From positions 20,956,001 to 21,020,000 of the forward strand of contig OZ287758.1 in NCBI GenBank assembly GCA_965649765.1: DNA of 64,000 nt. Reading direction: 5' to 3'. Numbering within the stretch: the first letter of the stretch is position 1; each line of letters begins with the position of its first letter. This document shows, in pieces, positions 36,003-49,000 of this stretch. Under the pieces are notes generated by a model. That model did not search any database. It had not been told where the DNA came from and was given only the letters and a program-made list of their open reading frames with translations. The DNA comes from Bispira polyomma. Lineage: Eukaryota. The position numbers and the translations under genes are program-made.

Positions 36003-39000
36003 TCAGATCTATGAAAGCAAGTATACAACATACACTTCATCAATGTCACCTAATATAGCTTTGAGACTGAAAGTGTTTTAAAGAAGTAAATGCTTGTTAA
36101 AACACTTAATTCATGCTCCCAATGTAGCCAGTAAATTGACATAAGACTTACATAAAGCCAGTATTTGGTCACAACACCAAACTACACCCTCCAAATATCC
36201 ACAGCTGCCATTCATCACAGGGTATTTACACTGTCTGTTTATATCCAGCCGAAGATATTCAACAGCTTATTCTATTAGACCTGCTTTGTAATGGATCTGG
36301 ACATGGGCTTCAAAATGTCTCCAATAAACTGCTCATTAAAGCCATATACTGTAGAAGTGCACTTTTTTACCAGAGGAATTATTTTTTTAGCTATGGTAGC
36401 TAATTGGCTAACACAGCAAAACTTAAAAATGAGCATATAATTAGAAATATGTATTCATCTTTCAACTAAAAATTGCAAATTAGTAAATATTTGTACCAGT
36501 TAAATTTATAACTTGTAGAGCAATTGTATTCCTTGGGTCAGGGAGCACTTCATTCAGCTTTTAGTAGTTCTTTTTAGTAGCTTTGTGTCTTCATTATGTA
36601 ATTATTATTATCATAATTATCATAATCATCTTGGTTACTGTTACGATACTTACTGGTATACATGTACTGTAGTTAATCTAGTTAATCTACTAAAATACCA
36701 CTTGAACAATGTCATTATGTCTAACCACAGGAACATACGGATATTGTGAGCACTTGATTGGAATAATGGACTATAATAAACAAGATGGAAGAATTAATTA
36801 TATTACTGCTAAAACTGATTCTAAATATGGAAGCTAACTTACATATCATAAATAACGCAGTTGTAAGCTGTTTTCACAGAGTAAGTATTTACCTTAAGGT
36901 GAGCACTTTCCTAACACAGAACCCTCAGGTTAGTGATTCTGTGCAAACTACATGTGATTTGTATTCACACTAGCTCTGACTCTCAATTTACAACTTAACC
37001 AGGTCCATTATATGGATCACAAGTAGACCCCTGACAGCCTTCTCTCTAACTCGGTTTATGGATATTCCAATTTTCACCGAGGGGAAATACTGCATGACAT
37101 AGCGGAAATTGATAAAAGTAAACAAACGTGATTGATACTCCTGATGCTCACTGCTTAAGAAACATCTGAAGTGTGAACCTTATTTATGCTTGGGTGTCTT
37201 AAAATGTACTATAGTTTTACAATTAAAAGCTTTTTAAAAGATGACCATATACATGTACAGAAAGGTCATATGTCATACTCAATAAACTGTCAGGGTTGAA
37301 CATTATAGCAGTTACAATACAAATAAGTATTTTATTATTAAACTTGGCATTTATAGAAAAGAAACATGTAGCTATTTTACTTAAATAAAGATATTTTATC
37401 AATGTGTTTTTCACTTGTTGCTTCATCAGTTTGTTGGTAATCCTGACATCATTGTGATTGTTTCACTAACATCAAGTTAAATAGAAGAGTCATAGCAACA
37501 TAATAGTGCCTGAAATGTCACACTATAAAGTTGAACTGTCTGTTGCTTGCTGGTGTATTTAGTTCCTGACAAGATGCTCTTTAAATGATATCGACCTGGT
37601 GTATCAAATGTTCGCAAAGCAGCTTCAGTTCTAGGAATTACAACTTTACAACAAACAAACATAGCTTCCGGGTGTTTTTAAGCCTATAACATTATTTGAT
37701 CAGAGACCATACATGAGGTGGTAGTACCGGTTGAACTGAACTGGAAGTGCTTAAGATTTTAGTTGATGATGCTTTTTAAAAAAAAAGTTTTTATCTTATT
37801 AACATGCAATATATATCTACATATTATTGAAATGCAGTGAATGTAATTACATTCTAATAAAAAAATAATACATATTGGGGTTCGGTATCAGTTTCCGCTT
37901 AATTAGCAGTACATAATCAATATTTAAAATGAAATACAACCTAAAGAAATAACATCTTTGTGTTGATTACGTCATGTGTTTTTAAACTGACCTTGACTCA
38001 CAAAGTAAATAATGCCCGTGGTTCTGCCTTTTGCAAAAGGTAGTTCGTCTTTAAAAATAAATATTATTTCAATCCATCCCTCAGTTTGTCCTGTGGCTTA
38101 TTTCTCTGCACTGTGCAAACTTTATATGGATTTAGTGTGTGTGGATAAATTCCAATATGTGAACATTGTTTTGTTATAATCACATTGAACATGAAGGGTG
38201 GTTTCAGTACAGACACTATTTACAAAACTGAATAAACCAGTAATTGCAACCAGAATCTGAAACAAACATCTTTTTAGGTCGAACACCATCTAACATTAGC
38301 ATTAGCTGGGGGTCAATATATTGTTTGACGTATTTATATCTTGTTTTATCATGTTTAATGTTATAGTTGTCCCATATGTATTGTTACTATATATATATGT
38401 GGACTGATAAAAGGCTATTTCATAAGATTAGAAATACTAAAATATGTTAAAAAGTTGAACACACACTTTTTAGCTTTTGGAATTCTCGTGTCCGATTTTG
38501 CATCATCGCTGACCTAATTGGAAAGTAGATCAAATCACTAAGCCAAATGGTTACCACTAAAGCCTGGAATATCGCTCGGAACCAGAATAGATCCACAAAA
38601 GCATTCACCTCCTTGCTTTTTTAAAGGCTAATCTTGTTGCTGAAGTAGTTTTAATATGTGTATGATATTTCAGTTTCAATCTGCTGTAAATGACAACCAA
38701 AGTGTCAATAGGTGCCAAGTGCCTGTTTGTGTGAACTGAATACAGAAACAAACATAGTAAACAGCCTTACTTTGGATAGATCTTTTGACATACTCAGAGT
38801 ATAGAATGATTTGGTATTCAGTCCAAGTTTGCCCTAATGGTCCCATTTAGTAACAAAAGGCTAGTATTTATAGACTCTTAAGTACTATGTGTAGAGAAGT
38901 CCCCTCTATTAGGGAGTCGCCCTCTTGAGGAGGACACACTCATCTGGATTCTAGTAGCCTATTTCCATACACACGTTAAAACCATCCATGAGTGTCACAC

Positions 39001-39228
39001 GTAAACATCAAAACTTGTGCTCCTTATACATTTGTTAAGAATGTTTACCTATACATCCGTGTGCATCATGAGTATTTGTTAAAAAATCGCTCCTGGAATC
39101 ACAAAACGAATATCGGAAGTTGTTCGAAATAGTTACCTCTGTGGAACGGAACTGGGTTATTTGGTGTGTGTGAACAAAATGGTTAAATAATGGATAAGAC
39201 TACAAATTAAAAAAAAGGTACGCCGTCT

Positions 39229-39420
39229 AACAAGAGTTGTCTTTAAAAAAGACATAAACGGACAGTGTGCAATAAACGTTGATATAGCCACTATATACTT
39301 AGGCAGTCTGCGCCTGATAACCATAAATTTGATACGCTTTAGTTTGGTCAGGTCGATTGCTTACAACCAATCTATGAAGGCCTTTCATATTTTTTCAACA
39401 AGTTGACATTTTCTAGCATG
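39229..39420 (+). repeat. Dispersed repeat family C (also ~47009-47215 +, ~62219-62430 +, ~41815-42022 -)
   Basis: Shared start A(C)AAGA...GTCTTTAAA...ACATA and blocks TTGATAT.GCC..TATATACT, AGTTT.G.C.GG..GATTGC and ACCAATC.A.GAAGGCCTT. Confidence 0.75.
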
Positions 39421-41404
39421 ACCACACCTTCTTCAGAGTTAAAACGATAAGCTGCTACAAAAAAACTGATCTTCCCAAACTAAGGTGTATGGACAACGTG
39501 TACATGTGTATGGAAGCTGTACTTTAGTACAGTGAAATCTTGTCACTTGTCTCCAGATCCTATTAACTACAGTGTCTGCCCTCAATCTCTGACTTCAGTG
39601 TTAGCTGGGGGATGAGAATAAATGGCTGACAAATGGGTAATATCCGGTTCTAGATAGTGTTACCACAAACTGCTACATCTTACACACACTGTTACACACA
39701 CAGACATACACCCAAACAGAGTATAACTAAAAGTCAGAGTTTGGAGCAAGTTGTGAAACGATCATTAAGAGGTTGATTTTAACAATTCTAGATTTTCTTT
39801 TGAAATGTATGGTTACATTGATTTTGACTTTGTAAACTTTGATTTTAGCATTTATTTCATCTTTAAGACAGACACTGAATGAATTCTTCTGCATGTATTT
39901 TAAATATGATAGCATTGCATAGATATATAACATCACCTGTACTTCAGATATTTTGTGTTTTATGTGATAGAATGTTTAGACACTACTATGTAATTAAATT
40001 AAAGCTAAGCTATTATTTAAACTCTTTGGCATACACACTTAATTGCTTTAGCTGTTTCCTAAGCACATAAGCAGTAAATACATTGACAGCTAGAATTGAT
40101 CAGTCATTATCTAAATTGTCCACTAATTCATTGGCATATAATACATATACCAAAAACTACATTATGACAATTATTATGTATTGTTGAATCTATCTTAACA
40201 AAAAGGATTTATTAAGGGACATAATGTTCATCAAATTAAAAATAACTAAAATCTAACCACATGTATTTTTCCAACAAAACGTATTTGTTGAAACTGTATT
40301 GGGATAAACTCAAAACTTTTAAGTACCTTAACTAATCTAGTTCATGGAATTTAATGCTAAACTTGAATAGACACATGAAAAGGTAATGCCACATGCAGAC
40401 AACTGGGCTATCAAACAGTCTGCTATCAACTCAATGTCATATATTTGCAAGCTCCATAAATTATTCACTTTCATTACCAAAGTGCTTTTATAATGGTCCA
40501 TAACTTCACACACTGACAAGTGGAGAGGGAGTGTTTTTATGGTATGGAGTCATTTTTTTTATTAATGGCCCCTTTATTGGTCATTATTGCATTCCTATAC
40601 ACCCAATAACTAGAGCATGGACGTTGTTACTAGGTAAGCACGGTGTTTTACATACTGGCATCTATATGTGACTTTTATTCTGTTTTATATTATTTATATT
40701 GTTTTATATTAAAATAATATTATAAGCAAAACCTACACTTTCTGCAGATGAAATAACTAATATCACAAGTTTAAAACATATGCACTATCTGCAGTTTACA
40801 TGTGATGTAGTTGACTAATAGCTAATGCAAGTGATCCATTATTCAATGAATAAGAAGTCTTACTAATATCACCAGCATATTTTCTTTCCTAAAACCCCTT
40901 TGTATAATATCCACAGGTGCTCTTGATTCATACTATACATACTTTTGACAACTATACATAAATAATGTGAAAATAAATGGCCAGTGTTGGCAAACTGTTT
41001 AAAAGTTCTGTTGAGTTTTTAAAACTGTTATTTCTTCCAGACACATAGAAAAAGAGATCATTTTTTTCTTATAACAAATTCTTTGAATCACAATAAATTG
41101 ATGCCAATATTATAACAATAAATAAGTTTAAAGGAAAACATGTCACAACTGTATGGAAGTACATAGAGTACTGACATATGCATGTCGATAGATGTAGTTC
41201 TAAAAGACTGAAATGACCCCAACACTGAACCCTTTATATGGCCAATCAGGATTAACTGACTTGTTAAAAGTGCATATGAAATTCATGTTTACATCTCCAT
41301 TCATTATGTGTTTCCAGGTCAACGATTCAGCCATATATATATATGTATGCTATAAACGTCATCAACACAGGACCATAAAGGGCCAGCTCACACTGCTAAC
41401 TACG

Positions 41405-41672
41405 ACTTTGACCTTGTCCTGGCCCTGCCCACACTTCTAACCATGATTATGACATTGTCCTGGCCCCGACCACACTGCTATCCATAATCATGACCTTGTC
41501 CTGGCCCAAGCCACACTGCTAACCATGACCTTGTCCTGGCCCCGCCCACCTGTTACCCATAAAATTGTCCTGGCCCCGCCCACCTGTTACACATGACCTT
41601 GTCCTAGCCCCGGCCACCTGTTACGTATGACCTTGTCCTAGCCCCGCCCACCTGTTACCCATGACTTTGTCT
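41405..41672. repeat. GC-rich minisatellite, ~32-40 nt unit, about 8 copies
   Basis: Repeats of ATGACCTTGTCCT(G/A)GCCCCGCCCAC(CTGTTAC/ACTGCTAA)CC. Confidence 0.9.
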
Positions 41673-44600
41673 TCACACCCTACCTATCATTGCTGTCAGC
41701 CCTACTTAATGTATAAGACTCCAACATTGAAATGCTGACCTTTGGGTGAATTAAGCTAACCATAAATATATATATTTACAGCCTGTTGTATGTGTGTATA
41801 AATGCCATGTTAACATTTCTCTGATTTTTGTCGGGCGCAGCATAATGTTATTTTCATTCTACAAAAGGTGCCCCCATTGATAAGAACGTTGTCATATTAC
41901 ATATATGATGGAAGGCCTTTACGTATTGGTTGAAAGCAATCAACCCTTTCAAACTGAGGGATGTCAGATTTATTGTTATCAGGCACATCCTGCCTGAGTA
42001 TATAGTGCCGATATCAATGTTAGTTTATACTCCGATCCCTGGCTGGCCTCCACTGATACTGCTTTTAAGTAGTACTGATACAACAGCAAAACTGTAATCC
42101 TGCTTTGAACTTTTGTAAACTGTATGAAGTGTAAGGAAGCTTAAATATAATATGCTTACACTGTGTGCCACAAGTAAGTCAGCTTTGTGTAAATATTCCT
42201 TGCTTTACTGTAAGACATACATTATATAAATATTCTGAGGACCCCTGGCGAGACTGTTACGTTATTACACGAGTAGCAGTGATTAGTTGATGGCTGTTTC
42301 ATAATGCCATATTTCATGGCTTACTAAGATTTCTAGGAGTAAATACTAACTGCACTACACTTCACACTGCAGGGGAAACAACCAGTCTAGTCAGAACAGA
42401 ACATCAATCTGTGTCATTTGTAACCCTTAGTCACTTGTTGTGTTCTTATTCAACAGGAATTCCATAGTTTTTTCTCCTGTATTCCTCTTCTTATGGTACA
42501 ATCACATAGAACTCTTCAATCAAGTGGGGTGTTCGCTCGCTGTCCATGCCTTTGTGTTATATTATGGCATGTTTTTCTGTTCGCCAAGTTTAAGTCTAGA
42601 CATCTTGGCACGGGTCCCAAATAACGGGCCAATAAAACTCACTGTCGTATTGGACCTGTGGTCTTTGTGTACTTGCATTTGAAAAAAAAAAACAATCTCA
42701 GCTCAAAATATTAGAAAATATGTATTGAGTGGAGATTTAATCCCACCTTACATCTAAGTGTGTCACCATGGCAATATTAAGAAAATACGGCCGCTGATCG
42801 ACATCAAGTACCTTCTCTACTTTTCTACAAAATTTAACTAGTGGGATTCGATTTTATACATTCAGAGGTGATACACTAGTGCTTGTAAAACAAAATCTGC
42901 CACCAGGACTCATTTATTTGCATGTTCACATTTTAGTAAAAATTGTCATTGACAAAACTGTTAGATGTGTTCAAACTCACAGATCCTTACTTGGATGGGC
43001 ACTGCGTGAAATATTACATCTCTGGGATCTACATAGCATTCTCAGTGGGTACAAAATACATTGATCACTGAAATACCAGACATATTGCTCTAACCTCAAA
43101 CTCCTACAAATACTCAATTTGAATACTTAGTGCCTGTCAAAATAATAAACTGTATCTTGGTAAAAATTCAGTTTCAAAGGAAATCGTTTGTTACAATATG
43201 GTATTTGAAGCCCATAAATTCAACGTAGATGCACTGAATTACTTGGACGAATTAAAAGGGCATGATTTATTCATGAGTAAGTGGCCCTGAAATATTATCT
43301 TATTTCCTGGGAAAAAGTTGATATGATTAAATATTCTCCAGTGAAAAAAAGACAAAAAAAAACACTCTAATGAAAACCATGTGGACTTCATTAGGAACAC
43401 AAAACATTTTGCAAATTACAAATTACACCACTGCTGGTGGCGTGTAATGGAAATTAATTGTACGTTTTTCTGCTTCAAAACATCCATTTGTCTATAGAAA
43501 ACTGTGGAGATTTTGGTATGTTAACTTTTTATAGTTACATCACAATGGAAGAATTTAACAAAGTCCATTTCTATTTACAATTTATTAAGCACAAAAATAA
43601 TCTAATTATATTGTTTTTTTTATAGTCTTTTTCACCACAGTTTTGTCCAGAAGTTGAGTTGATAAAAATATCAACTTCATTGCAATGACCCTTACTAAAT
43701 TAAGTTTTGGACAAAGAAATACAATACAAATGCTAAGCATTGTATTTAAATTTACAATCAGCAAATTGACCCACCTGGTATTTAAAGTGCTAATGTGAAA
43801 AAAGTGTATTCAAAGTGTTAATAAACATTATCTTGACTACCCATGTAGAGCTGACCAGCATCAGTTACTGTCATTCTACTAACCAAGGTCAGAGACTAAA
43901 GGATGTCCATAAACATCCCAAAGGTTGTTCAGCCTGTCCCTGGTGATCGGATCCAATGCCTCCCACTGGGCCATAATTTAAAGGGAAATGTGTGATTTTT
44001 TACATATACATTGTTTTTACATTCATTATGTGTAATTTATAATGTGTTTTGATACAATATACCAGTTTGTACAAAGGAAATGTGGTTGTGTGTTCCTGTT
44101 TAATATAATTTAATTAACTCAACAAAAATTGCTGATATCTTTGTTGATCGTTTCTTTAAATATTTTAAATGGACTATTTTTTAACAACTACCTACCAAAC
44201 TTTATCATCCTATTCATTTTGTACAATGTGATATTGACCAGGTTTAAGATCAATTTTTTTTAAATCTTCTTTGAAAAAGTACCATACTCCACAACCTTGA
44301 CCTGTTAACTGTGTTTACTTTCAGATAAAGGTCAATATTTGGATAGTATACATTAGTGCATATATTCTTACAGTTTGCGTGGCCATAATAATGTAATACA
44401 CACCTATTCCCTTTACACACAGTAAACCTGATGAGGGTTCTTTAACATCCCGACCTTTGTACCCTCAACCCATAGCTTACAAACAATACATTTTAATAAC
44501 AGTTTCTCCATTCATTGTCCAAAAATCATGCAACTGATTTACCTCAGAGTACACATTCTGCCCTCTCATATTCTTCATTCGAATTACCCTTTATTCAGAC

Positions 44601-45851
44601 TTAAACTGTAAATCCTCCTTGTTCTAATTGCTATATTTACCTTATTTATCTCCTAGCCACGAGATCCTAAATATTATGACCTTTGTTTAATAATATAACC
44701 ATGGCAGGTACATCAACAAAGCATTATTGCAACACTATTTAATATATAATACTTTTGTGAATTAAAGAATTCAAGGCTAATGCTCTTCACTGGTTTAAGA
44801 TAAAACTTTACAGACCCACTTTTTATACCAACCTCCCTCACACACACACACTACTATGAATAAGCCCCTCCAAATGCCAAGCATGAACCCACAGTGTGCT
44901 GGCATATATCAAATCTGATTGCTGAGATAGTCGGTAATAAACTGCTTAAATCAACTGAACTACTCATACTGGGATTGAGAATAGTGTGCAAACAAACTAT
45001 GAAAAGTCGTCTACTGACAGCTATTACACCAGAAAATGTGTTGCAGTTTTTTTTTTGTCTTCACAGATTCTATAGTGAGATATGCGGGCTGGTACATCAT
45101 TACACCCAGCATGGATTTTGCTCGAATGATTTCAGTAAGATAGCACTACAGCTGTAAAGTGGGGCCTATCACTGATATACTGGTGTGGCAAAGTAAACGT
45201 CAACTGACTCATCACCATTTATTCTTTGACAGTTGTAACAGTACTGCCACACACTATAACATAATCTTCTACACTCATAGGACATTAGGTTTGATCTCCA
45301 TCTAACATCTTTAAAATATTATACAAAACAACGAATGAGCTTTTGATTTGATACCAAATAAACCCCGAAAAAATAGCTATATGAAAAATTCTATATGATT
45401 CTGAGAAAACCTCTCATCATGGCCACCCGTGATATTCAAAACTCCCCCATTGAGCACACGTCAAATAGCCCATTAAAGAGTAGCGAGTATAAATAATTTG
45501 ACTAAACACATTCCCTAGTAGTGTGACGTACAAGGTAAAGACTCATTAAAGTACACAAACAAACAAGCAAACAAACAAATTAAGAGTCTAATCATAACCT
45601 CTTTGGCGGAGGTCAAATATATATATCATACTGTGGATTGGTGCAACCGTACTTTATAATTATTTTGAATATAAATTATGCTGCCACAGAATAAGCTTCT
45701 TTGTAAAGTCATCGAAACTTTGTCCAGGGATCACTGAAAATAAGCCTTAATATGGAGAATGAAAAAGAAAAGTCAAGGTCACTAGTTCTGTTGCATAAAA
45801 TCGTGAAATAATTTACAAGCTAATCCTATTTAATCAAAACAAGAGGATATT

Positions 45852-46015
45852 ACTTACGCTGAGTTGCTGTTTTTGTTACCGTCCTTCCGACTTGCACCAA
45901 TCAGAACACTTCTTGCTATTACCAGTAGAAACAGAACTACGTCACAGTGAATGCGCATGGTGTCCTTGACCTTTTTGAGTGTGTAGTCACGTGCTCAGGT
46001 TTATCCAATACACTA
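45852..46015 (-). promoter_or_regulatory. Candidate host promoter and first exon ending at a GTAAGT donor
   Basis: Cluster of CCAATCAG (45897), GTGACGTA, TGCGCA, GTCACGTG, a second CCAAT and CGGAAG within ~130 nt, with local CpG enrichment. Donor AGC|GTAAGT with the exon ending at 45858. Confidence 0.5.
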
Positions 46016-49000
46016 GCAATCACATGATGAGTTTGCCTGAAAAGTTAAATGTGCATGTCAATAACACTTTATTCGTGTTATAATGGCTATGTACATTGAA
46101 TACACACAATTAAAGCGATGTTTACTGCATAATCTGTTTGTTGCTATCTTCATGTAAAGACTCAAACAATAACTGTATCTCTTAAACTGTCTAAACCAAG
46201 TACCACTTGTATCCAAGTACATAAATGACATACAGAACACCGTGACAGGGAAAGTCACGGAAATGCCAACAATAAACCATCAATTAAATAAATATATGGA
46301 GACAGCAAAAAGCAATGACAACAACAAACGTTGCAAAAAGGCCTAGTGGCAGCAATCCAATAGGCAGAACATCCTATTTAATAATATTGTAACTTCCAGA
46401 TATGACAATGCATGTCTAGGGAGGTGGAAACATCTGACTCTAGGCGATTACACTGGCTCTACAAAGTCAGCGGTAAACTTAGTAAGTCAGTTCTTCTTTT
46501 TATGGCAATATATTATTAGTGACACAACTTAAACAATGGGTTTAAGTTACATGTTAGATGTCATTATTATTCCAGATATATTGTAGGACAATAACTGTGT
46601 ATACACCTAAAAAGGTGAGAGTTTTAAACATTTCTACAGTCTGCAAACAACACTAGGTGTCTGCCTTTAGTACAATTGTTCTAGGAAGCTGTAGCATTTT
46701 TAGTCTTTGTATCGGGCATGTATAATTATACAATCCCCTTCTAGTCAATTTGATGTAATTGAGTAAACTTGTTGTACTTCATAAAAGTTTAATCCTTCCG
46801 TAGAATCCTCTCTAATGGAAGGCTTCATATATCGATACATGCAACAATATAAATATGAAGAGAGCCGACCGTCAGGATGATTTACACTGGGCTGTTCAAC
46901 CGACTTAATGACACGGGAATAAAATAATGTGAATAGGAAATGTGGGGGTGTTGCTTCCAGTGCCTGATTTTTTTGTAAATAACACAAAGAGTTTTAGTGT
47001 TACCCTTAAACAAGAATAGTCTTTAAATAAAAGACATAGACGCTAAGGTTGATATTGCCCATATATATACTCAAAACTAAATATGACACTCCTTAGTTTA
47101 GCCGGGTCGATTGCTCCCAACCAATCCACGAAGGCCTTACATATTTTTTAAGATGGCGGCACCCTTTGTTAGAATGAACACAATATCAGGCTTTGCCTGG
47201 TAAAACATAGGGAGGGGAGAGAATAATAATACATCTAGGCTCTGGGATAGAAATACTTCAAGGTACATGTTTTCATGTTATGCTATGCTATTTCCTACTC
47301 TGCCCATAGCTGGAAACTTCAAATGATACTGTTTTTTTCATAACCGAGAACAAAGCTATTATCAAACATTTTTTTTAATGCAGAATAAAATCAACACTCA
47401 CAACTATTTGAGATGTGTGCATTGCTTAATTTCATATTTTCCTGCAAACTATCATTTTAAGACTGATCATTTTATTAATGAGTAATAAAATAAGACTGCA
47501 GATTAATTGATCTCGAGCCCAACCTTTTCCTCAATACCAAAAATAGCAACCCCTTAAACAAACAAGTACATATTAGCATTATAGATTCTCGAAAAAAATA
47601 ACTTAAGAATGGCTGCAATAGATATTTAAATATTCTTGCCTGACTATAAATCAGCCAGGCTATTTTCAGACTAAGTAATCATAGATATTACTAAACAGTT
47701 GGCAAAAAATAACCCACATAATCGTCACACAGTGTACTGTTAATTCCCAGGATAAAATAACCTATTTTTGTAAATTGGATTCATGGAACAAAAAATTAAT
47801 TCCTTTACATTTCAATTTACATGACTAATACAGAAGTTGTATATTTTTTGTTCTGATCATGCAAATAAAAGCAACGGAGCTGTAGAAACACAGCCTTTCT
47901 CTGAAAATGTAATTAAAACTTTATTTTACACAATGATGAAAAGGTTGTATGCAAACATATTACCATATACGCTTTCTATTATTGTCAGCTCTTCAACCCT
48001 ATATGTAGAAAGATCTTTAAGGACTGTAGGGATGCAGCAACTTAACACTCAAGCATCAATTCGACGCATTTATACCCATTAAATATTTTCGTGGAACCTA
48101 CTGTATCAAGGTCATTTAAAGCATGATAAATAATGGTAAAAATAATTAGTTTTTCTCTATTTTCTCAAGCATTTGGACTATAGAATTTGACTTGAGGATT
48201 CAAGTTACTTGTCCAATGTTGCATATACATATTGCATCAGCCCCATGTCATTTCAAGGAACAACATTTGAACGGACTAACACATGCAGATAATTACATTG
48301 GTGACAAGATTTGCCTGCAGACTATCAAAAAGGGAGGTATCACAGTATTATTACAGTAACACTTATGGTCTTAAAAAGCAAAGGAGAAAATACGTTTATG
48401 GAGCAAAAATCCAGTCTGGTTTCCACCAAGGAAGTGCAGGTGATGGACTAAAGTGAATAGCACTTGACTGCAAGGTTAAATATACATTTTCTTGCTTGTT
48501 ATCTCTAATTGCAACAAAATGGATATTAGAAGAATAGCCAAAACAATTTATGTAATGTGGAAGTCTGATCAATTACATCTACTGTAATAGTACTTTGAAT
48601 ATAATGCTAGTATATGTTCTTACTCTCAGTGCCTCTACCGTGACTTTGATTAGTGAGACCATGACGACAATAACAGGAGCATGTGGACATATTAGTTTAA
48701 TACTATGTTATATCTATACAACTATATATAAACTGGAAGTTAAGGCCACCATACCTGATTTAAAGTTAACCTGGTATTAACCTGGATGAGATAATTTTTT
48801 AGTGTAAGGTCACCTTAAGTTTTGTGCAATCATTCTTTTATTGTGTGAAAAGGTTGACAGTGGACAAGTCGTTGTGACACCCACCCACACATTCCAAGAA
48901 TTGATCAATACTCTATTTAATTGCTTTAATGTATTAACCAATTTGTAAATGGAGCCTCTCCTCCATGTATCGTGAATTTTATGAACGTATAAAATAATAC

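Noticed and set aside
41405-41672. CRISPR-like array
   Set aside because: Units are contiguous without unique spacers; eukaryotic context with no cas genes.
44420-44470. Hammerhead ribozyme at CTGATGA (also other CTGATGA/TCATCAG hits)
   Set aside because: No correctly placed GAAA and no three-stem junction found.
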